From assembly GCA_965223325.1 (NCBI GenBank), contig CBDCWI010000002.1, positions 2,368,001-2,432,000 on the forward strand: a DNA stretch of 64,000 nucleotides. The letters are read 5' to 3'. The notes below the pieces were generated by a model. That model ran no database searches, was not told the DNA's origin, and was given only the letters and a program-made list of their open reading frames with translations. This DNA is from Candidatus Multivoradales bacterium (lineage in GTDB: Bacteria > Acidobacteriota > Thermoanaerobaculia > Multivoradales > Multivoraceae). This document shows positions 57,776 through 64,000 of this stretch, one piece after another. Positions within the stretch are counted from its first letter, which is position 1. Every line of letters begins with the position of its first letter. The position numbers and the translations under genes were made by a program.

Positions 57776-58660
57776 CTAGAGCCACGCCGGCGGCGGTGTT
57801 CCTTCCGCCCTCAGACCGCTCAAGACACCATAGGGCAGGTAGCGCAGGTAGTTCTTGCCCAGCCGTTGGAGCTCCTGGTTGCGGCTCCCGAAACCGCGCA
57901 GCAGAAACCAGGGCGCACGCAGGAGGTCGAGGAACGTGCGGCGAGCGATCACTCCATCGAGCTTTCGCAGATACTTGCCGTAGACCACGCCGAGGCAGAA
58001 GGCATAGCCGCGATAGGTCTCGTCGAGCTCGTCGTGGTCACGCCAGCTCTCATGCCAGACCATGACTGACGGCTCGTAGCGAATCGTGACCCCGTGGCTC
58101 AACAGGCGGTGGCTGAACTCACAGTCTTCTGCCAGGTAGAGCCGCGGATCCTCGTCGAACAACCCAACCTTCTCGAGTACCGACATAGGCATCGCCGAAT
58201 TGTTGCCGAAGTAGGGATCAGAACGCACGCTCGGATGGTCAAACACCTGCGGCTCGAGAGCTGAGCGAGTCGACGGAGCGCTACCGTCGCCGGCCGCTAG
58301 CACGCGACCCGAAACCACGCAGCCATGCTCGAGGAGCAGCTCACGCACGTTGATCGCCCAGCGAGAGTCGACTCGACAGTCGTCGTGGGTAATCGCGACA
58401 AACCGCGTCGACACCTGCGCCAGGGCGCGATTGGTTGCCGTCGCACAGCCCCGTTCGTCGTAGGAGAGGTGCTCGACCACCATCCCGGCCTCGCGCAGCC
58501 GCTCAATCCAGACCGCCGGTTCCCTTCGGGAGCCCTGCTCTGAAACCACCAGGCGTTCGGGCCAGTAGTCGCCCTCGAGAATGGACTCCAAACACCCCTC
58601 GAGCAGCGGCCGACCAAGCGTCGGCAGCACTACCGTCAGGTCGGAAAGAACAGGTTTCAT
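57776..58660 (-). CDS. GT2 glycosyltransferase
   Basis: TVVLPTLGR, THDDC, GLFDE, AEDCEF. Confidence 0.87.
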   Translation of the reverse strand: MKPVLSDLTVVLPTLGRPLLEGCLESILEGDYWPERLVVSEQGSRREPAVWIERLREAGMVVEHLSYDERGCATATNRALAQVSTRFVAITHDDCRVDSRWAINVRELLLEHGCVVSGRVLAAGDGSAPSTRSALEPQVFDHPSVRSDPYFGNNSAMPMSVLEKVGLFDEDPRLYLAEDCEFSHRLLSHGVTIRYEPSVMVWHESWRDHDELDETYRGYAFCLGVVYGKYLRKLDGVIARRTFLDLLRAPWFLLRGFGSRNQELQRLGKNYLRYLPYGVLSGLRAEGTPPPAWL

Positions 58661-58879
58661 CGGCCCAGGGTCCTACGAAGATGGGATCAAAACGAAACAG
58701 ATCCCATTCTCAGTGCACCGACGGTGCCAGAGCGCCAGAGGAGCCACGGAATACCAGGCTTTCCGGCGGCACGCGACGGCCGATCGAAGTCGAAGGGCGC
58801 ACCAGCAGGGCGAACGCCATTGAAAACGGCCCGCCCAGCAGACCGCTTGCGCCGCAAAGGTGATGCTAGTGAGGCCTCA

Positions 58880-59518
58880 CTAGTATTTTCGGAGCAGGCC
58901 CACCACAACGCCCTGGATCTGTAGCTTGTCGGCATCGACGTAGATCGGATCCATCTCCCGGTTCGACGGCTGGAGCCGCACGCGCCGCCCCTCAGGGAAG
59001 AAGCGCTTGAGGGTGACCTCGCTCTCGACCAGAGCGACCACCATCTCACCCTTCTCACCAACTTCACGACTCTGTACGACCACAAAGTCACCGTCGTGAA
59101 TGCCCTCGTCGATCATCGAATCGCCAGCCACCCGCAAGATGTAGTGCTGCTCGGGCTTACCAGCCAGGAGATCCAGCGGTACGCCGAGCGACTCATGACC
59201 ACTGAGCGCCTCGATCGGCCGACCGGCAGCGATTCGCCCGAGAAAGGGCAGGTCCGCTACTCCACCAGCCGCAGCAGAATCCGGCTCCCGCGCGCTCTCC
59301 TGCTCCACCAGCTCGATGCCGCGCTTCTGATGCTGGACCCGGCGCAGGTACCCCTTCTCGCGCAGTAGCTTCAGGTGCTTGTGGACGGTGCCATAGGAGG
59401 AGTAGCCAAACCGCTCGCAGATCTCGCGATGGGTGGGGGCGATTCCGCGCTGGGACTGGAAGTCTTCAATGAAGTCGAGGATCTGGCGCTGGCGTTCGGT
59501 GAGAAAGGAAGGACTCAT
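58880..59518 (-). CDS. lexA: SOS repressor LexA
   Basis: LTERQRQIL, PTHREI, GRIAAG cleavage site, GDSM (Ser), TLKR (Lys). Confidence 0.97.
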   Translation of the reverse strand: MSPSFLTERQRQILDFIEDFQSQRGIAPTHREICERFGYSSYGTVHKHLKLLREKGYLRRVQHQKRGIELVEQESAREPDSAAAGGVADLPFLGRIAAGRPIEALSGHESLGVPLDLLAGKPEQHYILRVAGDSMIDEGIHDGDFVVVQSREVGEKGEMVVALVESEVTLKRFFPEGRRVRLQPSNREMDPIYVDADKLQIQGVVVGLLRKY

Positions 59519-59540
59519 GGCGGGGATCTCCTTAGGAAGA

Positions 59541-59577
59541 TACGCCTACTCTACGCCGTAAGAAAAGCGTAAGTCAA
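59541..59577 (-). promoter_or_regulatory. lexA promoter (TTGACT-18-TAGAGT) overlapped by two TACG-N7-TACG boxes in opposite orientation
   Basis: TACG at 59541 and 59552; CGTA at 59557 and 59568. Confidence 0.7.
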
Positions 59578-59614
59578 CCGCGGTACGAGGTTGCGCGGTC
59601 TGGCTGACCTGTCG

Positions 59615-60970
59615 TCAGGTGACCGGCGTCATTCGGGTCACCGGACCGATCGCCTCGAGCTGGCCTTCCAACTCGGCGGCGGGTCCGACGATGACGATAT
59701 GGATCTGGTCGGGATGAATGTGCTTCTGGGCGGCGGCCTGGATATCGGCTTTGGTCACGGCACGCATGCGGTCGTTCATGCCGTCGTAGTAGTCGTGTGG
59801 CAGGTCATGGACGATGAGGGTCTCGAGGCGATTGGCGACGCCTTGCAGGGTTTGCAGGGTGTAGGGGAAGACTCCCAGGACGTAGCTTCGGGCGTCTTCT
59901 AGTTCTTCGGCCTCGACGGGCTCATCGCGGATTCTGTGGAGCTCTTTGAGGGTCTCCCGAACGGCCTGGCCGGCGGACTCTGTTTCGACGGCAGCGCCAA
60001 CGAGGAACGGTCCCGGGCCGCGGCGATCGACAAAGCGACTCGATGCGCCGTAGGTGAAGCCGTGTTCTTCGCGCAGGTTGAGGTTGATGCGGCTGGTGAA
60101 CTTGCCGCCGAGAATGGCGTTTAGAAGGATGCGGGCCTCGCGACCGGGTTCGTTGCGGGTTGGCCCCGGGTGACCGATGCGCATTTCGGTCTGCTGTGCC
60201 TGGGGGCGGTCGACGAGGGTGATCTGGATGCCGTCCGGTCGCTCGGCGCAGATCGCTGGACGTGCAGGCGGCTCCTGGTCGACGAACCCCGCTAGAGCGT
60301 TTCCGAGTCGATCGGCGATTTCGTCGAAGTCTGCTCCGCCGGCGGCGATGACCTTGGTGCCGGCGCTTCGCATCGTGCGACGGTAGAAGGCAAGGAGCTC
60401 GGCCGGGTCGACGCTCTCGAGGTCGGCGCGTGTGCCCAGCAGCGAGTGGCCGTAGATCCCGTCGCCGTAAAGTGTTTGCGAGAAGGCAATGCCGGCGATC
60501 GATCCGGGGTCGGCAGCCCGTCTTTCGATCTCGGCGAGGCGCTGCTTGCGAATGCGGTCGATGTCGTCGGCGGGAAAATCGGGCTGGGTCGCGACGTCGA
60601 TGAAGACCGGAAGCACGGCGGCGATGTGTTCGGTGAGGATGTCCAACGAGATTTCTGAGGCGTCCCAGTCGGCGCCGCTCGAGATGCCGCCGCCGTACTT
60701 CTCGACGGCCCGCGCGAGCTCGGTGGAGCTCTGGCCTGCGGCCCCCTCATCGAGACTGGCGGCAGACATGGAAGCGAGCCAGGCTTGTCCGCGGGGCGCG
60801 TAAGAAGCACCACCGGGTGCCAAAAGGCGAAGGGCGGTAAGTCCCTCATGGTTCGAGCGCACGGTGAACATCTGAAGACCGGAATCGATCTCCCGAACCT
60901 CGAAGTCTGGAAAGCTGAACGCACGAGGTTCACCAGCAGCCGGTGGGTTGCGACGATCGACGGTACTCAT
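59615..60970 (-). CDS. M16 peptidase, non-catalytic subunit
   Basis: LGGKFTSRINLNLREEHGFTYG; lacks HxxEH. Confidence 0.9.
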   Translation of the reverse strand: MSTVDRRNPPAAGEPRAFSFPDFEVREIDSGLQMFTVRSNHEGLTALRLLAPGGASYAPRGQAWLASMSAASLDEGAAGQSSTELARAVEKYGGGISSGADWDASEISLDILTEHIAAVLPVFIDVATQPDFPADDIDRIRKQRLAEIERRAADPGSIAGIAFSQTLYGDGIYGHSLLGTRADLESVDPAELLAFYRRTMRSAGTKVIAAGGADFDEIADRLGNALAGFVDQEPPARPAICAERPDGIQITLVDRPQAQQTEMRIGHPGPTRNEPGREARILLNAILGGKFTSRINLNLREEHGFTYGASSRFVDRRGPGPFLVGAAVETESAGQAVRETLKELHRIRDEPVEAEELEDARSYVLGVFPYTLQTLQGVANRLETLIVHDLPHDYYDGMNDRMRAVTKADIQAAAQKHIHPDQIHIVIVGPAAELEGQLEAIGPVTRMTPVT

Positions 60971-62238
60971 GCTCCTTCTCCCGCGGCTGCCCGGGGTTCT
61001 ACGCGCACTGTTGCGGCGCGCGAGAAGTCGGCGTGGTCGCGCGCCACGTCGAGGCAGTCCTCCGCAGTGATTTCGGCTATACGCTCGGGAATTCTGGTGA
61101 CTGCCTCCGGGTCATCGAAGTAGGTGGTCATCTGGGAGATCAGGTCGGCCCGGCTGTCGTAGCTCTGCAGTTCGTTCCAGATCCCGGCCAGGAGGCGCGC
61201 TCTCGACTGCTCGAGGATGGCCTCGTCGAGCGGTTCCGTACGCACCCGCCGCATCCAGTCGTCCACTGCCGCCTCGAGCTCGTCGGGGTCGGCGTCGTTG
61301 CGGGCAGTCGCCAGGACGCCGAAGGTGGCGCATTCTTCGGTCGGCATCACCCAGGCAGCGACGTTCTGCGCCAGCTGGCGCTCGAGGACCAGGTCTTCGA
61401 CCATCAAGCTCGACTTGCCGCTGGCCAGTGCCTCGGCAAGCACCTGCGCCGCCTGCCATGCGCGGCTGCCGAAGCCGGGCACCACAGTCGCCATGTAGAG
61501 CCTGGTCAAAGCGACGTCATCTTCGATGACCTCGCGCGCTGGGCCGGTCGACTCCGGTAGGCCGCCGCCGATCAAACCAGGCGTTTCGCCCGCCGCTTTG
61601 ATGTCACCAAACCAGCGTTCGGCGAGGTCGAAGCCGCGCTCCGTTTCAACGTCGCCCGCGAGGGTCAAAACGGCGTTGTCGGGGCCATACCAGGTGCGGA
61701 AGAAGGTCTCGATCTGCTCGAGCTTGGCGGCTTCGATGTCTTTCATGTAGCCGATGACGGGCCAGCGATAGGGATGCCCTTCGTGGTACAGGAGCTCGTT
61801 CAGTCTCTCCATCGCCTGGCCGTAGGGCTGGTTGTCGACGCGCTGCCGACGCTCGTTCATCACGACCGAACGCTGGTTCTCGAGCTTCTCCGAGGTCATC
61901 GCCGGGAGCAAGAAGCCCATGCGATCGGACTCGAGCCAGAGCCCGAGCTCCAGGCAATGGCTGGGAAGTGTCTCGTAGTAGTTGGTTCGGTCGTACCAGG
62001 TCGATCCGTTGGCCACCCCGCCTACCTGCTGGACGTAGCGGAAGTGATCGTTGGCCGGGATGTTCTCAGAGCCCTGAAAGAGCATGTGCTCAAAGAGGTG
62101 GGCGAAGCCGGTCAGGCCCGGGCGCTCGTTCTTGGAGCCGACGTGGTACCAGACGTTGACGGCGCACAGAGGCAGGGAGTTGTCTTGATGGACGATGACT
62201 TTCAGGCCATTGTCGAGGGTGCGACGCTGGATTTGCAT
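60967..62238 (-). CDS. M16 zinc peptidase, catalytic subunit
   Basis: WYHVGSKNE, AHLFEHML (HxxEH), ESDRM, NERR. Confidence 0.95.
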   Translation of the reverse strand: MQIQRRTLDNGLKVIVHQDNSLPLCAVNVWYHVGSKNERPGLTGFAHLFEHMLFQGSENIPANDHFRYVQQVGGVANGSTWYDRTNYYETLPSHCLELGLWLESDRMGFLLPAMTSEKLENQRSVVMNERRQRVDNQPYGQAMERLNELLYHEGHPYRWPVIGYMKDIEAAKLEQIETFFRTWYGPDNAVLTLAGDVETERGFDLAERWFGDIKAAGETPGLIGGGLPESTGPAREVIEDDVALTRLYMATVVPGFGSRAWQAAQVLAEALASGKSSLMVEDLVLERQLAQNVAAWVMPTEECATFGVLATARNDADPDELEAAVDDWMRRVRTEPLDEAILEQSRARLLAGIWNELQSYDSRADLISQMTTYFDDPEAVTRIPERIAEITAEDCLDVARDHADFSRAATVRVEPRAAAGEGA

Positions 62239-62361
62239 TCTTGCGGTGCTTTCGGTGGTGAGGGCTCGAGGAGACCTGGCGGTCGGCGGTGGGCGGCGGG
62301 CGCGTGGGTGGTAGGCGCGTGGTGGTGGGCGTTGATCATATGTGAGGGGTGGGACTGTGCC

Positions 62362-62570
62362 GCTGGGGGCCAGCGGGCGCAGGGCCTGCGGGCACGGCGA
62401 CGCTTCTTGTGCCTGCTAGGGGGCTGGCGCCGCCTGCGCTTTCCGGCCGCTCGTCGTTGGTTGACTGCGTTGGACCTCGTGGTGCGGCCGGAAAGAGCAC
62501 CCTCGGCCCCGCGCCCGCCGTCCCCCAGCTCGGGACCGGCCGCGCCGTCAAACCGGGGGGTGGTGAGGGG
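62362..62570 (-). repeat. Diverged third copy (inverted) of the 288-907 repeat
   Basis: Reverse complement contains GGGCCGAGGGTGCTCTTTCCGGCCGCAC...GCAGTCAA...GCGGCCGGAAAGC...CAAGAAGCG.CGCCGTGCCC. Confidence 0.88.
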
Positions 62571-62755
62571 GGTGGGTGGGGACTGCGTGGGGAGGACTGC
62601 AAGGGGGGACTGCGAGGGGGGACTGCGAGGTGGTGGGCGGCGGCCGTCCCCCAGCTCGGGACCGGCCGCGCCGTCAAACCGGGGGGTGGTGAGGGGGATG
62701 GGTGGGGACAGCGAGGGGGGGACTGTGGGTGGGGACTGTGGGTGGGACTCTGGGG
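62518..62755 (+). repeat. ~53-bp duplication (about 62518-62570 and 62644-62697) interspersed with GGGGACTG-type G-run repeats
   Basis: CCGTCCCCCAGCTCGGGACCGGCCGCGCCGTCAAACCGGGGGGTGGTGAGGGG twice; about 8 GGGAC units. Confidence 0.85.
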
Positions 62756-62917
62756 TGCCGACTGCTCGGAAACGCTGTCCGCCGGCTACCACGTCTCGGA
62801 TCAGTCCTGTATATTCGAAGACCCGCTAGTCACAAGAAAAACTGCCTGACGCCGCCCATTTGGCGGTCTCGTAGCCCCGGGGCGCGGCGTCTCGCCTGAG
62901 TGGAGGATGCGTCCAGA

Positions 62918-64000
62918 ATGCAGATCGAAAACTCCGATCTCCTGAGGAACGTCGCAGTCGTTGGCCACAACGACACCGGGAAGACAACCCTGGTGAGCGC
63001 GATTCTCCACTCGTCAGGTATTGCCAACCGCTTGAACCGTCCCGAAGACGGGAACGCGGTCACCGACTTCGACCCCGAGGAGATCGAACGCGGCATTTCG
63101 ATCAACCTGGCACCGGCCTTTGGAACCTGGGAAGGCCACAAGATCAATCTGATCGACAGTCCTGGCTACGGCATCTTCATGAACGAAATCCGTTCCGCCA
63201 TGCGCGCTGCCGACTCGACGCTCCTCTGCATCGACGCACTCTCGGGGCCGCAGGTGACGTCGGAACGCTCTTGGAACTTCGGCGAGCGCATCGGCCAACC
63301 TGTTGCGTTCCTCCTGACGCGAAGCGATCGCGAGAACGCCGACTTCGAACGGGCCGTTACGGCGATTCAGGAAGCCTTCAACCGCAACGCCATGCCGGTC
63401 CAGATTCCAATCGGCAGTGAAGGCGACTTCGAAGGAGTCGTCGATCTCGTGAGCCAGAAAGCGTTTCGCTACAAGCGGGACGGCGACGGCAAAGCCAAGG
63501 CAGAGGAGATTCCCGCCGAGTTGGCGGACATGGCCAGTGAATGGCACTCGCGCCTGGTCGAAGCAGTTGCCGAGTCAGACGAAGAGCTGATGGAGAAGTA
63601 CTTCGAGGAGGGCGATCTCGACGCCGAAAGCCTCGCAGCCGGTCTCAAGAAGGCGTTTCTCACTCGTGAGGTCTTCCCGATCCTGATTTCGGCAGCCGGG
63701 CACGGCATTGGCACGTCTGCGCTGCTCGATTCGATCGTCACCTTCTTCCCAAGTCCGACCGAAGTGTCCTACCCGGCTTCCGACATCGGCGGCGAGGAGG
63801 TAGCGCTCGACAGCAGTCACACCGCCGCCGTCGTCATCAAGACGCTTTCGGATCCCTTCACCGGCAAGATCTCGATTCTGCGCATCGTGCAGGGAGAACT
63901 CTCCGCCACCCCGCTATGGAACGCCAACACCGAGGAGGCCGAAAAAGTCGGCAGCCTCATGTTGATGCAGGGCAAGACCGGAACCGCCACCAGCAAAGCT
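62918..64000 (+). CDS. fusA: Elongation factor G-like GTPase (EF-G2 type), runs off the window end
   Basis: Manual translation: RNVAVVGHNDTGKTT, DFDPEEIERGISI, IDSPGY; GGAGG RBS; absent from the ORF track because no stop falls in the window. Confidence 0.92.
   Translation, partial: MQIENSDLLRNVAVVGHNDTGKTTLVSAILHSSGIANRLNRPEDGNAVTDFDPEEIERGISINLAPAFGTWEGHKINLIDSPGYGIFMNEIRSAMRAADSTLLCIDALSGPQVTSERSWNFGERIGQPVAFLLTRSDRENADFERAVTAIQEAFNRNAMPVQIPIGSEGDFEGVVDLVSQKAFRYKRDGDGKAKAEEIPAELADMASEWHSRLVEAVAESDEELMEKYFEEGDLDAESLAAGLKKAFLTREVFPILISAAGHGIGTSALLDSIVTFFPSPTEVSYPASDIGGEEVALDSSHTAAVVIKTLSDPFTGKISILRIVQGELSATPLWNANTEEAEKVGSLMLMQGKTGTATSKA

Overview
GC-rich bacterial chromosomal window. Gene content suggests Acidobacteriota, Thermoanaerobaculia-like (inference). 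Left core segment: tRNA-Pro, a tandem ~320-bp structured repeat, PP2C, DnaJ-TPR, RodZ-like protein, long GreA, ECF sigma/anti-sigma, amidase and gatCA. Middle accessory segment (about 12.7-47.6 kb): large secreted/surface proteins, a GT39 glycosyltransferase, a C25 gingipain-like protein, a decayed kinase, a putative lipase-toxin/lipoprotein-immunity pair, an ISL3 remnant, a DUF222-HNH gene plus a remnant, a SauUSI-like PLD-helicase, a vapBC module and a truncated sulfatase. Right segment: PilT, a glycosylation cluster, lexA, two M16 peptidase subunits and a partial EF-G2. Most notable signals: (1) two selenoproteins split in the ORF track at in-frame UGA codons (UxxC redoxin, CxxU AhpD-like), each with a SECIS-like hairpin; (2) a candidate new SOS box, TACG-N7-TACG, at the lexA and HNH promoters; (3) an identical 16-bp parS-like palindrome inside and upstream of the HNH gene; (4) a dispersed, structure-conserving intergenic repeat family; (5) a shared C-terminal FxDxFExG...WS motif on secreted proteins. 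All calls are from reading motifs by eye; no database searches were run.
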